Assembly (NCBI GenBank): GCA_043822065.1
Contig: JBDRCC010000020.1
Coordinates: forward strand, 32,001-96,000
Reading direction: 5' to 3'
Source: an archaeon
GTDB lineage: Archaea; Undinarchaeota; CAZHTU01; JBDRCC01
Length of the DNA: 64,000 nt
Numbering within the stretch: the first letter of the stretch is position 1; each line of letters starts with the position of its first letter. The translations under genes and the position numbers were made by a program. Below, in pieces: positions 40,043 through 49,873 of the stretch. The notes under the pieces are model-generated. The model did not search any database. It was not told the DNA's origin and saw only the letters and a program-made list of their open reading frames with translations.

Positions 40043-40061
40043 TTATTACTAATGGTAATAA
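40043..40061. promoter_or_regulatory. Inverted repeat beside the mat promoter
   Basis: TTATTAC-TAATG-GTAATAA. Confidence 0.45.
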
Positions 40062-40115
40062 TTTATTCAATTTCCAGCCGACTGCCTAGTATTATACAAA
40101 TGGTGGACTGATCAT

Positions 40116-40200
40116 GCCCCTTTCTTTTAGAAAAAGAGAGTGGCAAGGTATTCCAAAGAAAACTACTTTAGTCCTCGCTCCGCTCGGAGCATTAAAATTA
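40116..40200. repeat. Short hairpin repeat element, copy 2
   Basis: CTTTCTTTTAGAAAAAGAGAG hairpin then AAAGAAAACTACTTTAGT..TCGCTCCGCTC. Confidence 0.75.
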
Positions 40201-40201
40201 A

Positions 40202-40318
40202 TGGGCCTGACCGGATTTGAACCGGTGACCACCTGATTTCCACCCCTTTTCATTTTGCTTCCGGCTTTCTGAAAAGGCGATATCAGTCAGGCACTCCACC
40301 AGGCTGAGCTACAGGCCC
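40202..40318 (-). tRNA. tRNA-Ile(GAU) with 43-nt intron (40238-40280)
   Basis: Acceptor GGGCCTG/CAGGCCC-A; CCTGA-CT-GAT-A[intron]A-TCAGG. Confidence 0.92.
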
Positions 40319-40395
40319 GTGCGGATAATAATGCCTGCTGCAGATTTTAAAGATTTCCCTTCGACAGGTTTATCAATTGCGCAAACAAAGCTTAA

Positions 40396-40460
40396 TGGGC
40401 GATGAAGATGCTGCCCCAGGCTGATACCAGATGATGACCGGATGGTAGCTACAGAGCCCA
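40396..40460 (+). ncRNA. Candidate box C/D sRNA
   Basis: TGGGC/GCCCA stem; C-like GCGATGA, D' CTGA, C' ATGATGA, D-like CAGA; TTTATCA about 25 nt upstream. Confidence 0.55.
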
Positions 40461-40486
40461 CAAACTCAAAATTTAGAATCCTGCCA

Positions 40487-40873
40487 TTAGCAGTGCGTTA
40501 TCCTCTTCTTTTCGCAGATCACGTTGGTTATTGCAGTTAGGAGCGGGCTTATTACTAAGTGCTCCAGCTTGGCGTACTCCTTGCGGTCAGCTGATATCAT
40601 GGCTGTTCGCTTCACCTTTGCAAATACGAACGTCGACGCACACATAATTGCATCTGCATAGCACCTGAGGTATGCGTACGCGCCTATGTCCTCCTCAACC
40701 TCCTTCTCGTGAGAAATGACCTTTATAGTATTCTCCGCAATTGTGCTGAAGCCAAAAAACTTGTCTACCCAGGCTTCTGCTTCCTCCCACTTGACCTTAT
40801 GGTCCTTCTCCACGGCCGCCTTTAGCCCCTTCTTCAGCTCCTCAACTATCTTTGCTGACTCATACTTTGCCAT
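40487..40873 (-). CDS. Hypothetical protein
   Basis: Clean ORF with TATA-like element upstream. Confidence 0.65.
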   Translation of the reverse strand: MAKYESAKIVEELKKGLKAAVEKDHKVKWEEAEAWVDKFFGFSTIAENTIKVISHEKEVEEDIGAYAYLRCYADAIMCASTFVFAKVKRTAMISADRKEYAKLEHLVISPLLTAITNVICEKKRITHC

Positions 40874-40908
40874 GGCTAGATTATCTACTGTTGACGATTT
40901 AAACCTTT

Positions 40909-41937
40909 CTAATTCAGCGGCGCCCTTTCCGCCTCAAGCCTTCCGAAGGTCGGGTACTCCTCGACAATGAAGGCTTTCTCCGCAATCTTCCCTGCAAGCC
41001 GCCTTGCTATCGTTTCAGACGCCTCAATCTGCCCCTTCTCCGAATCAAAGACAAAATACTCCGGCGACAGCGAGAACTTTTTCAGGAGCCGCCGGTGCGC
41101 GGCAGCATCCCCCTCAATTACGCCCTTTAGCAGGAGGCCTTCGCTGGTTTCCTTTTCATACTTCCGCCTGACGTTCTTTGCTGTCCTCTTCAGCCTGTTT
41201 CTGAACTGGATGTGGTCCTTCAGCTCAGACGGGCACAGGTGCGCAGGGACCTTGCCATCAGCGTACTCCAGGATTTTCATTCCGAGCTCAATCGAGCCCT
41301 TGATGCCGTACGAGAGGTCGTTCTTCTGCTCAAACCCCCTCGCCATCATCGCGTCCGAATTCGAGTCTGAATACTCCAGCTCGTTAAGGTTCAGGAAGTC
41401 AGCCCTTCCAGCTATCCTATCCACAGCCGCGAGTAGCTCCTTGTCGGTCCCAGGAATCAGCGGCACCTCGACGCCGACCGACATCGAATACTCCTTTCTG
41501 TCCGGCAGGTTCTCCGCCTTGTGGAACCTTATCTCGTCAAGCTCGGCGCGGTCAAGCTTCCTAAGCCTCTCAGGCGAAGCCAGGCCTCCGTAGGTGTAAA
41601 GGTGGAGGTGGAACTTGTGGCCGAAGTTATCCTTGAACAGCCTGACGCTTTCAAGAAGCCGGTCAAACCGCAGGAAAGGCTCGCCACCGGTTATCGACGC
41701 GCCTTCGGCTGACTGGCGCTTAGCCTCCTCGAAAATGTCCTCGTCCGACCTAACCTCCCTTTCATTCGCCCAGGTGATATCCTTTCCCTTCCTCTTTTCG
41801 GATATTGGGCAGTACCAGCACTCAGACTGGCAAATTCCCGTCAGAAACAGGACGAGCTTCGAGCCGCGGATGCAGAGCTCGCAGCCGCGCGCAAGCTTTC
41901 CGCTTGCAAAAGAGTTTCCCATTGTCTCCTTTATCAT
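40909..41937 (-). CDS. Archaeal radical SAM protein
   Basis: GC.LC..G.KLVLF.TG, CQSECWYC, TGGEP, EIRFH. Confidence 0.87.
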   Translation of the reverse strand: MIKETMGNSFASGKLARGCELCIRGSKLVLFLTGICQSECWYCPISEKRKGKDITWANEREVRSDEDIFEEAKRQSAEGASITGGEPFLRFDRLLESVRLFKDNFGHKFHLHLYTYGGLASPERLRKLDRAELDEIRFHKAENLPDRKEYSMSVGVEVPLIPGTDKELLAAVDRIAGRADFLNLNELEYSDSNSDAMMARGFEQKNDLSYGIKGSIELGMKILEYADGKVPAHLCPSELKDHIQFRNRLKRTAKNVRRKYEKETSEGLLLKGVIEGDAAAHRRLLKKFSLSPEYFVFDSEKGQIEASETIARRLAGKIAEKAFIVEEYPTFGRLEAERAPLN

Positions 41938-42959
41938 TTGGGAACGCTTTCGAGTGCCCTTGCAACGAGCTTCGCCGCGTCCTCGACGTCCTTCATGGAC
42001 ACGACCTCGACCGGCCCGTGCAGGTACCTCTCCGGCACGCTTACGACGGCAGTCCGCACCCCGCACTTTGTTAGCTGGATCATGGTTCCGTCGGTCGCGC
42101 CGCCGTCCCCGACCTCAAGCTGATATTTTATCTTGTTCCTCTTTGCGACTCCGATAAGCCAGTCGACCAGCTTCCTGTCTGCTACGGTCCCCCTGCCGCC
42201 TGCCTCGACGTAGGTGAATGAAGGCCCGCCGTTCAGCTTTACAGGCACATCCTCGCCCTTGACATACGGGTAGTCCCCTGCGGTTGTCGTGTCGAGGACA
42301 ATCGCTATGTCCGGATCAATGCCAAATGCGGATGTCCTCGCGCCCTTTGAGCCGATTTCCTCCTGCACGCTTGCTACGGCGTATATCTCGTTCTTGCTCT
42401 TCGTCATCTGCATCGCTTTTATCATGACTGCAAGCCCGGCGCGGTTGTCGAGCGACCTCCCTGTGACAAAATCATTGTGCATCTCTGCGAACTCCATGTC
42501 AAAGACTGCGTAGTCCCCGATTGAAACGAACTTCTCAGCCTCCTTCTTGTCCTTGAAACCGGCGTCGATGTACATCTCCTTTGCCTTCATGACCTTCTTC
42601 TGTTCGTCCTCCTCAAGGAGATGTGGTGGTTTCGCGCCGATTACTCCTACCATAGTCGTCTTCCCGAGGATTTTCACCCTCTGGCTCACGAGCGTCCTGT
42701 CGTCTATTCCGCCCATCTTGACGAACTTCAGGAATCCGTCGTCGGTTATGCTTTTTATTACCAGCCCTATCTGGTCCATGTGGGCGTCAAGCATTACTGC
42801 GGGCTTGGAGCCCTTCCTGTGGCATATTATGTTCCCGAGGACATCCTCCTTGATGTCGTCGCAGCAGCCCTTGAGCTCCTTTCTGACTATTTCGCCTACC
42901 TCATTCTCGCTTCCGGAAGGTCCGTTTGCATTTGAAATCTTTCGAAGAAGGTCTTTCAT
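41934..42959 (-). CDS. M42 (TET-like) aminopeptidase
   Basis: AHMDQIG, SLDNR, QEEIG, RYLH. Confidence 0.93.
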   Translation of the reverse strand: MKDLLRKISNANGPSGSENEVGEIVRKELKGCCDDIKEDVLGNIICHRKGSKPAVMLDAHMDQIGLVIKSITDDGFLKFVKMGGIDDRTLVSQRVKILGKTTMVGVIGAKPPHLLEEDEQKKVMKAKEMYIDAGFKDKKEAEKFVSIGDYAVFDMEFAEMHNDFVTGRSLDNRAGLAVMIKAMQMTKSKNEIYAVASVQEEIGSKGARTSAFGIDPDIAIVLDTTTAGDYPYVKGEDVPVKLNGGPSFTYVEAGGRGTVADRKLVDWLIGVAKRNKIKYQLEVGDGGATDGTMIQLTKCGVRTAVVSVPERYLHGPVEVVSMKDVEDAAKLVARALESVPK

Positions 42960-42998
42960 CTAAACCACCGAAAAGTGAAAGGGGGAGGTAGATTTAAA

Positions 42999-43529
42999 CT
43001 ATTTGGTCAGCACTATTATGTCAAGAGTCTTTGCCGGCGCCCTGTTTTTTATGAGGACATAAAAATTATCGTGGAGCCTGACGTATTCCTCCACCGTGAA
43101 CCCGGACAGCTCAGCCATCTTGCGCGCAGTCCGCATCAGGTCTGCCTCTTTCCAGCCATATGCATCGACGCACAGAAGTATCCTCGCGTCCTTCTTGAGG
43201 TAGGGCTTGAGCGGGACTACCATCGCAACCGCGCCGTCAACATTGAGCGGGACTGTCGTCACGACCGCACTGAGGCTGTCGTCCTTGAATACTGCCGGAT
43301 CTATCCGCCTTATGTTTTGCGGGGTTATCCTCAGATTCGGGTTATCCTTCTCGAGCGCCCTGACTGCCGCAGGAATTTTCTGCTCTATGTCTATGAGGTA
43401 AACAGTCGCGCACTTGTCGATGCAGTACTCAACAAAGTTTATGTCCGCCCCTATCACGGCTGCCCGGGGTAGGTCTTTGAAAATTCCAAACCTCTTGTCA
43501 AGGTCCGCTATTGATTCAAATTCTGCCAT
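42999..43529 (-). CDS. Hypothetical protein, possible methyltransferase-like fold
   Basis: Coupled to tfe; weak Rossmann-like pattern only. Confidence 0.5.
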   Translation of the reverse strand: MAEFESIADLDKRFGIFKDLPRAAVIGADINFVEYCIDKCATVYLIDIEQKIPAAVRALEKDNPNLRITPQNIRRIDPAVFKDDSLSAVVTTVPLNVDGAVAMVVPLKPYLKKDARILLCVDAYGWKEADLMRTARKMAELSGFTVEEYVRLHDNFYVLIKNRAPAKTLDIIVLTK

Positions 43530-44005
43530 TAGATGAGGGTCTTTATCTGCTTCCTTATCTGCTTGATGTCCTTTATGTTGTCGTAATGCACGAGCTGCTT
43601 CTGGCACATCGGGCACTTGAACTGGGACTCAAGCGCGGAGGTGTATTCCGTCCTGACGCAGCCGTCGATGCACTGGAAGAAGTGGTTCTTCTCCTCGAAC
43701 TGGAGCCTTTCGTTCAGGGTGTCAAAGGTCCTTGAGCCCTCCATTCCGATGAACTTGTCCACCATCTCCGGGTTTATCCTCCAGATGTAGTTGTACCAGC
43801 CCGACCTCTCCTTTTCCTTGCGGTAGGTGATAATCCCCTTGGTGTGCATCTCGTTGAGCACGCGCCTTATGGTGTTCGGCCGTATCCGCATCTTCTCGGC
43901 AATCTTCTGGTCGGTTATCTCGCCCTTTGTAAGTATCTTGAGGATTTTTATTGAGTCCTCGTCGAGAATCGTATTTAGCTTTGTGAACTGAACTCGTGAT
44001 ATCAT
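43529..44005 (-). CDS. tfe: Transcription factor E (TFIIE alpha)
   Basis: Winged helix (TDQKIA, GWYNYIW) plus zinc ribbon (FKCPMC). Confidence 0.92.
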   Translation of the reverse strand: MISRVQFTKLNTILDEDSIKILKILTKGEITDQKIAEKMRIRPNTIRRVLNEMHTKGIITYRKEKERSGWYNYIWRINPEMVDKFIGMEGSRTFDTLNERLQFEEKNHFFQCIDGCVRTEYTSALESQFKCPMCQKQLVHYDNIKDIKQIRKQIKTLI

Positions 44006-44223
44006 TACTATCTCTTGCAATTTTGAAGCATATAAACTTAACGATTCATATCCTGAAAATTCACTTCTTAGCAGTGGTAACGGATTTTTTCTATGTTCGG
44101 AATTCAAACTTTTTACAAAAGCCCCCAAATAGAAACCTTTTTATAGTAGTTCTGTTGTATCTTACTCCACTTTCGGGGTTTTCAAATCCTGATGAATTAG
44201 TTTAAACTAGAGGTGATTAGACA

Positions 44224-45879
44224 ATGGTAGCACAAACAGGCGGTCAGCCGGTTTATGTTCTTCCGGAGGGCGGGCAGAGGATACTCGGCCGTGACGCCCA
44301 GAGGATGAACATCCTGGCTGGCAAAATAGTTGCAGAGACTGTTCGTTCGACTCTTGGCCCTAAAGGGATGGACAAGATGCTCGTCGACAGCCTAGGTGAC
44401 GTCGTAATAACGAACGACGGAGTGACAATTCTCCAAGAGATGGACATCGCCCACCCGGCCGCAAAGATGCTGGTCGAGGTTGCGAAGGCGCAGGATGAGG
44501 AGGTCGGCGACGGAACGACCACCGCAGTCATCTTCGCAGGCGAGCTCCTGAAAAAGGCAGAAGAGCTCCTCGAGCAGAACATCCACCCGTCCGTGATAAC
44601 GAAGGGGTACAGGGTGGCGAACGACGAGGCGCAGAGGCTCCTTCAGGGCATAGCCCAGAAGATAAACCCAAGCGACAAGGGGATTCTCGAGAAAATCGCG
44701 ATGACAGCGATGACCGGGAAGAACGCGGAGCGGGCGAAAGATTCACTCGCAAAGCTCGCAGTGTCTGCGGTCCTGCAGGTCGCGGAGACTTCCGATGGAA
44801 AAATCGAGGTTGACGTCGACAATATAAAGCTCGAGAAGAAGGGGGGCGGAAGCATTGACGACTCCGAACTCATTCAGGGAATCGTCATAGACAAGGAGCG
44901 CGTCCACCCGGCAATGCTGAAGAAGGTCGAGAACGCAAAAGTTGCCCTTATCGACACGGCAATCGAGATAAAGGAAACCGAGACCGACGCCGAGATAAGG
45001 ATAACTGACCCGGAGCAGCTCAAGGCATTCCTCGCAGAAGAGGAGAACATGCTTAAGCGGATGGTCGACAAGGTCAAGGCATCCGGCGCAAACGTTGTCT
45101 TCTGCCAGAAGGGCATTGACGACATGGCGCAGCACTTCCTGTACAAGGCAGGAATCTTCGCGGCAAGGCGCGTCAAGAAGTCCGACATGGAGAAGCTTGC
45201 CCGTGCGACAACCGCGAAAGTCGTAAGCAACCTCGACGACCTGGAGGCAAAAGACCTAGGCTACGCAGGCCTCATCCAGGAGAAGAAGATAGGCGGAGAC
45301 GCCATGATCTTCGTCGAGAAATGCAAGGACCCGAAGGCCGTAACGCTGTTCATACGCGGCGGCACCGAGCACGTGGTTGACGAGGTCGAGAGGGCAATGG
45401 AAGACGCAGTCGGCGGTGTTGCCTCCGCAATTGAACTAGGGCTGGTAGTCGCAGGCGGCGGAGCAGTCGAGATTGAGGTAGCCAAGAAGCTCAAGCAGTT
45501 CTCAGAGAAGTCAAAGGGAAGGGAACAGCTTGCGATTATGGCCTTTGCCGAGGCGCTTGAAGTCGTGCCGAGGACACTGGCTGAGAACGCTGGGCTCGAC
45601 CCGATTGACAAGCTGGTCGCCCTAAGGAGCGCCCACGAGAAGCCAGAGAACAAGTGGTACGGGCTTGACGTCTTCACAGGCGAAGTCGTTGACATGTACA
45701 AGGCAGGCGTCATCGAGCCGCTGAAAATAAAGACCCAGGCGGTCAAGTGTGCCTCAGAAGCGGCTGAAATGATTTTGAGGATAGACGACGTTATTTCCGC
45801 AAGGGAGCTCGGCAAGAGGGACGCCGGCGGCGGAATGCCCAGAATGCCCGGTGGAATGGGCGACATGGGGGACATGTAA
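44224..45879 (+). CDS. ths: Thermosome subunit (group II chaperonin)
   Basis: [20 protein letters not shown] tail; SD GAGGTGA. Confidence 0.97.
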   Translation: MVAQTGGQPVYVLPEGGQRILGRDAQRMNILAGKIVAETVRSTLGPKGMDKMLVDSLGDVVITNDGVTILQEMDIAHPAAKMLVEVAKAQDEEVGDGTTTAVIFAGELLKKAEELLEQNIHPSVITKGYRVANDEAQRLLQGIAQKINPSDKGILEKIAMTAMTGKNAERAKDSLAKLAVSAVLQVAETSDGKIEVDVDNIKLEKKGGGSIDDSELIQGIVIDKERVHPAMLKKVENAKVALIDTAIEIKETETDAEIRITDPEQLKAFLAEEENMLKRMVDKVKASGANVVFCQKGIDDMAQHFLYKAGIFAARRVKKSDMEKLARATTAKVVSNLDDLEAKDLGYAGLIQEKKIGGDAMIFVEKCKDPKAVTLFIRGGTEHVVDEVERAMEDAVGGVASAIELGLVVAGGGAVEIEVAKKLKQFSEKSKGREQLAIMAFAEALEVVPRTLAENAGLDPIDKLVALRSAHEKPENKWYGLDVFTGEVVDMYKAGVIEPLKIKTQAVKCASEAAEMILRIDDVISARELGKRDAGGGMPRMPGGMGDMGDM

Positions 45880-45885
45880 ATTTAC

Positions 45886-45921
45886 AGTGAGGGGGCTCAC
45901 GCCCCCTCTCCCACTTTTTTT
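45886..45921 (+). terminator. Hairpin plus oligo-T terminator after thermosome
   Basis: GAGGGGG...CCCCCTC followed by a T run. Confidence 0.6.
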
Positions 45922-45959
45922 ATAGGAAAGGTTTTATAGCCAGGAATTATTCCTGTTGC

Positions 45960-47240
45960 ATGGTTTACTTCAACCAGCTAAAAGGTTGCCCTATCCTAGA
46001 TGCGAAAGGGAAAAAGCTTGGCACTGTAAAGGACTTCATCTTCCTTGACGGCAAAAATTATGCCGAGGTGACCCACATAGTCTACACTGACGAGGAAAAG
46101 GTCGCAAAGAAAATACCATGGCGCCTTGTCGGGGGGCTTGTTGATGAGGCACACCCTAAGCGGGTCAGCATAGCAATCAATCTCACCCTCTCTGCGGAGG
46201 ACATAACGCCGTTTCTCCCGAAAAAAGGCGACCTATTCGTGAGCGCAATCATAGACAAGCAGGTCGTCGACGTCGACGGCGTCAAGGTTGTCCGCGTCAA
46301 TGACATAGTCCTGGGCAAGGTAGACTACAAGTTCTGCGTAGTCGCGGTCGCCGTAGGGATGGCAAGCCTTGCCATGCGGCTCGGGCTCCAGACAAGCTCA
46401 GACTCAAACTTTCCGAGCAAGACTGAGCGGATAATACCCTGGAAATCAGTCCAGCGGCTTGAGCCGGACCTGCACGACCTCCATTTGAGCGTCCAGAAGT
46501 CCAAGATTGAGCACCTCCACCCCGAGGACATCGCAGACCTTATGGAGGACCTGACCCCGAACCAGAGGATACTTGTCTTCTCAACCTTGGATGAAAAAAA
46601 GGCGGCAAAGACGCTATTGGGCGCGGAGGATAACGTCCGTGACACCGTACTGAAGAGCCTTAAGCGGGACAGGATACTTGACATTTTAGAATCGATATCC
46701 GAGGACAAGTCAGCTGACGTCCTAAGCCTGATGACTAAATCAGAGCGCGGCCGCATGCTTAATGCAATGAAGCCTACTATAAGGAAAAAAGTAATGGATA
46801 TCCTGAAGTACCCCGAAGAGTCAGCCGCGGCGATAATGACGACCGAGTTCATTTCAGTCCCCGAGAGCTACACCGTGATGCAGACGCTCCAGCTTTTGAG
46901 AAAGAGGCAGCCGAAGTTCAAGTTCTATTATGTTTACGTCCTCAACAAGTCAGGCCAGCTCGTCGGCGTCCTCGGGCTGAGAAACCTCCTCCTTGCCAGG
47001 CCGTCTGTGCCGATAGCCTCCATTATGAACAAGCAGGTGATACACGTCAAGCTCGACACTCCGAAGGAGAGCATAGCAAAGGCGATTTCTAGGTATGAGC
47101 TTTCCTCGGTCCCTGTTGTCGACAACTCAAACGTCCTCAACGGCGTCGTAAGGGCGTATATGGTCGTTGAGAGCATAATCCCAAAGAAGTGGAAACGGGA
47201 GCGGTATCATCCCCACACCCTGAAGCACAAAGCCGCATAA
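45960..47240 (+). CDS. PRC-barrel + MgtE-N + CBS soluble protein
   Basis: IDKQVVDVDG.KVVRVND, LHPEDIAD, AAAIMTTE, CBS pair, no TM. Confidence 0.85.
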   Translation: MVYFNQLKGCPILDAKGKKLGTVKDFIFLDGKNYAEVTHIVYTDEEKVAKKIPWRLVGGLVDEAHPKRVSIAINLTLSAEDITPFLPKKGDLFVSAIIDKQVVDVDGVKVVRVNDIVLGKVDYKFCVVAVAVGMASLAMRLGLQTSSDSNFPSKTERIIPWKSVQRLEPDLHDLHLSVQKSKIEHLHPEDIADLMEDLTPNQRILVFSTLDEKKAAKTLLGAEDNVRDTVLKSLKRDRILDILESISEDKSADVLSLMTKSERGRMLNAMKPTIRKKVMDILKYPEESAAAIMTTEFISVPESYTVMQTLQLLRKRQPKFKFYYVYVLNKSGQLVGVLGLRNLLLARPSVPIASIMNKQVIHVKLDTPKESIAKAISRYELSSVPVVDNSNVLNGVVRAYMVVESIIPKKWKRERYHPHTLKHKAA

Positions 47241-47241
47241 A

Positions 47242-48495
47242 ATGAGCTTTATCCAAAAAATAAACATAAAGAATATAGTCTTTATGCTAGGCATCATCGG
47301 GCCTGGCATAATCACCGCGACGGTCGACAACGACGCCGGCGGAATCACGACCTACTCAATCGCCGGCGCGCATTTCGGCTATTCCCTTCTCTGGACACTG
47401 ATTCCGATAACAATCCTCCTTATAATAGTCCAGGAGATGTGCGCAAGGATGGGTGTCGTCACAGGCAAGGGGCTTTCAGACCTCATACGCGAGAACTTCG
47501 GCGTCAGGATAACGATGTTCATTATGGCAGGGCTGATCTTTGCAAACGTGTTCGTCACAGTCGCCGAGTTTGCCGGCATGGCTGCAGTCGGGGAGATGGT
47601 CGGGATAAGCCGGTACGTCATAGTGCCGCTGGCGGCATTCGCAGTGCTCCTGCTTACGGTCAAGCTCAATTACCGGGCGCTCGAGAAGATATTCCTGGTG
47701 ATGACAGTATTCTATGTCTCCTACATCATCTCCGGCATCATGTCCAAGCCTGACTGGGGATTTGTAATACAGCAGACCTTTGTCCCGTCATTCAGCTTCG
47801 AGCCAGCCTACCTCATTCTCCTCGTCGGCGTAATCGGCACAACAATCACCCCGTGGATGCAGTTTTACCTACAGTCCTCGATAGTTGAGAAGGGAGTAAA
47901 AGTCAGGGACTACAAGTACTGCAAGTGGGACGTTATCCTTGGATGCATCTCTACCGACGTCGTCTCATTTTTCATAATCGTCGCCTGCGCGACAGTCCTT
48001 TTCCCGCAGGGGATAAGAATCGACAGCGCGGTCGAGGCTGCAAAGGCGCTCCAGCCGCTCGCCGGCGAGTACGCCTACCTCCTGTTTGCGCTCGGCTTTT
48101 TCGCTGCGGCGTTCTTCGGGGCATTCATCCTGCCCATCTCCACTTCCTTCTACGTCTGCGAGGCGTTCGGCTGGGAGTCAGGGGTTAACAAGAAGTTCCG
48201 CCAGGCAAGCGGCTTTTACACCCTCCTTGCCCTCATCATAGGCATTGGCGCAGGCGTGATACTCATCCCAGGCATGCCTCTGATTACGATAATGCTCATG
48301 GCCCAGGTAATCAACGGCGTCATACTCCCGTTCGTCCTCCTCGCAATACTGAAGCTGGCGAGCAATCCAGCTATAATGGGCGAGTATACCAACCCGCCCT
48401 GGCTGAACGCGGTCGCCTGGGCAAGCTGCATTATAATAATGATAATCAGCATACTGATGGTGCTCACAACCCTGAACCCGGCACTCCTCTGGTGA
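47242..48495 (+). CDS. NRAMP-family divalent cation transporter (likely Mg-type)
   Basis: GPGIITA..DNDAGGI.TYS, GTTITPWMQF. Confidence 0.88.
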   Translation: MSFIQKINIKNIVFMLGIIGPGIITATVDNDAGGITTYSIAGAHFGYSLLWTLIPITILLIIVQEMCARMGVVTGKGLSDLIRENFGVRITMFIMAGLIFANVFVTVAEFAGMAAVGEMVGISRYVIVPLAAFAVLLLTVKLNYRALEKIFLVMTVFYVSYIISGIMSKPDWGFVIQQTFVPSFSFEPAYLILLVGVIGTTITPWMQFYLQSSIVEKGVKVRDYKYCKWDVILGCISTDVVSFFIIVACATVLFPQGIRIDSAVEAAKALQPLAGEYAYLLFALGFFAAAFFGAFILPISTSFYVCEAFGWESGVNKKFRQASGFYTLLALIIGIGAGVILIPGMPLITIMLMAQVINGVILPFVLLAILKLASNPAIMGEYTNPPWLNAVAWASCIIIMIISILMVLTTLNPALLW

Positions 48496-48535
48496 TTTAG
48501 AAAGGTTTAAATAAACGGGTGGCTTTGATTACTTC

Positions 48536-49162
48536 ATGATACAAGAAGACGAGGAGATATACGAATTAGTCGCAACCGATCCCCTCGAAAAGCTGAAGGC
48601 AAAGGGCGGCGAACTCGAGAAAGAGATTGACGCAATCAAAGAAATTCTAAAGGACACAGTTACCATATCAAAACTCAACGCCAGCGCGGAGGAGCTTGTC
48701 AGCAAGCTCATCGACATGGTGAAGCTCAGCCAGGACATGACGCGGAGCGTCTCAAAGAGCAACGAGGACGTGTCCCGCCAGATAAACAAGAGCATCCAGG
48801 AGATGCGGGACAGCAACAGGGAGCTCAGCCAGAAGCTTGACGCCCTCCTTGAATTCTTCGCCGAGGCAGGCGAGAAGGAGGAGATTGAGCGGAGCGAGAT
48901 TGAGTCCGACATGCAGAAAGTATTATCACAGGTCTCCAGCAAGATAGACAACCTAGTCAGGAGCAACCAGGAAATCAGCAGCAAGACTAAGGAGCTTGAG
49001 TTTAAGATGGAGGACCTTTCAAAGAAAAAGCACGTGCTAAGGCCAGCGCCGTTGCCTTCCGTGATGGAGCAGCCGGCGTTCCCAAAGCCGGAGCGGCCAA
49101 TGCCGCCGCCCCTTTCCAAGGGAGGCATCCCAGCCCCAAAGCCGTTCAAGCTTGAGGATTAA
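48536..49162 (+). CDS. Coiled-coil hypothetical protein with Pro-rich tail
   Basis: Heptad pattern; first gene of the pilus operon. Confidence 0.7.
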   Translation: MIQEDEEIYELVATDPLEKLKAKGGELEKEIDAIKEILKDTVTISKLNASAEELVSKLIDMVKLSQDMTRSVSKSNEDVSRQINKSIQEMRDSNRELSQKLDALLEFFAEAGEKEEIERSEIESDMQKVLSQVSSKIDNLVRSNQEISSKTKELEFKMEDLSKKKHVLRPAPLPSVMEQPAFPKPERPMPPPLSKGGIPAPKPFKLED

Positions 49163-49168
49163 TCAAAA

Positions 49169-49873
49169 ATGGAGTCCAGGCAAATAGCAACCCATGCGAT
49201 AGTTTTCTGTTCGCTACTTCTTGCGATTGTTATAGTGATAGTCGGCTCTAATTTTCCAGGGCTTGCCTACCTGAACCTAATACTGCAGGCTGTCCTAGTC
49301 TGCCTCCTGGCGGGAGTGATATTCATTCTAGACCGGATTCTCACAAAACTGGGCAAACGGGCAATAACGCCGGTCATCTCCGTCGTCCTGCTCCTCATGA
49401 TGACTGTTGCCATCGCTGGCATAGCATGGTTCTGGCTCCAGGGCATGACCCAGCAGATACTCAACGCGACAGAGCAGACTGCAGACACCCAGCTCGGCAG
49501 GCTCACGTTCGACCTCGACTTTGGAAGCGCGAAGGTCTACTGCAGCGGCCCGAACCCGTCTGACTCAGTAACCGCAGTCTCGGTCTTCGTTGCGGTAAAC
49601 GCCGGCGCCAATAACATCCTGCAGGGCGTAATCCTCAACGGCAACGTCGTCGAGGAGGCAGACTTCGAGATAGTCAAAGTCGGGGACAGCCTCGGCAACG
49701 GTGAATACAAGGAGATAAAGATACTCAACGGCGGCAACAAGTACACTGCCGGAGTCCTTGAGAAGGCTGACGATTCTGCCGACCTGGAAGTCGTCGTGAG
49801 GACGAACATCGACAAGGAAAAGGCGATAATGACCTTCGACGCCGACGCGCCATCCTCGACGACCTGCAACTAA
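49169..49873 (+). CDS. Archaeal type IV pilin-like protein with N-terminal two-TM extension
   Basis: Internal KRA/ITPVISVVLLLMMTVAIAG class III motif. Confidence 0.8.
   Translation: MESRQIATHAIVFCSLLLAIVIVIVGSNFPGLAYLNLILQAVLVCLLAGVIFILDRILTKLGKRAITPVISVVLLLMMTVAIAGIAWFWLQGMTQQILNATEQTADTQLGRLTFDLDFGSAKVYCSGPNPSDSVTAVSVFVAVNAGANNILQGVILNGNVVEEADFEIVKVGDSLGNGEYKEIKILNGGNKYTAGVLEKADDSADLEVVVRTNIDKEKAIMTFDADAPSSTTCN

Noticed and set aside
40100-40113. Degenerate copy of the tRNA-Ile 3' end left of repeat copy 2
   Set aside because: Only about 7 of 10 bases match; too weak to call an att site
40396-40460. Fluoride riboswitch (GGGCGATGA...TGATG) or split tRNA half
   Set aside because: No pseudoknot complement after TGATG and no downstream gene on that strand; no anticodon arm on the minus strand
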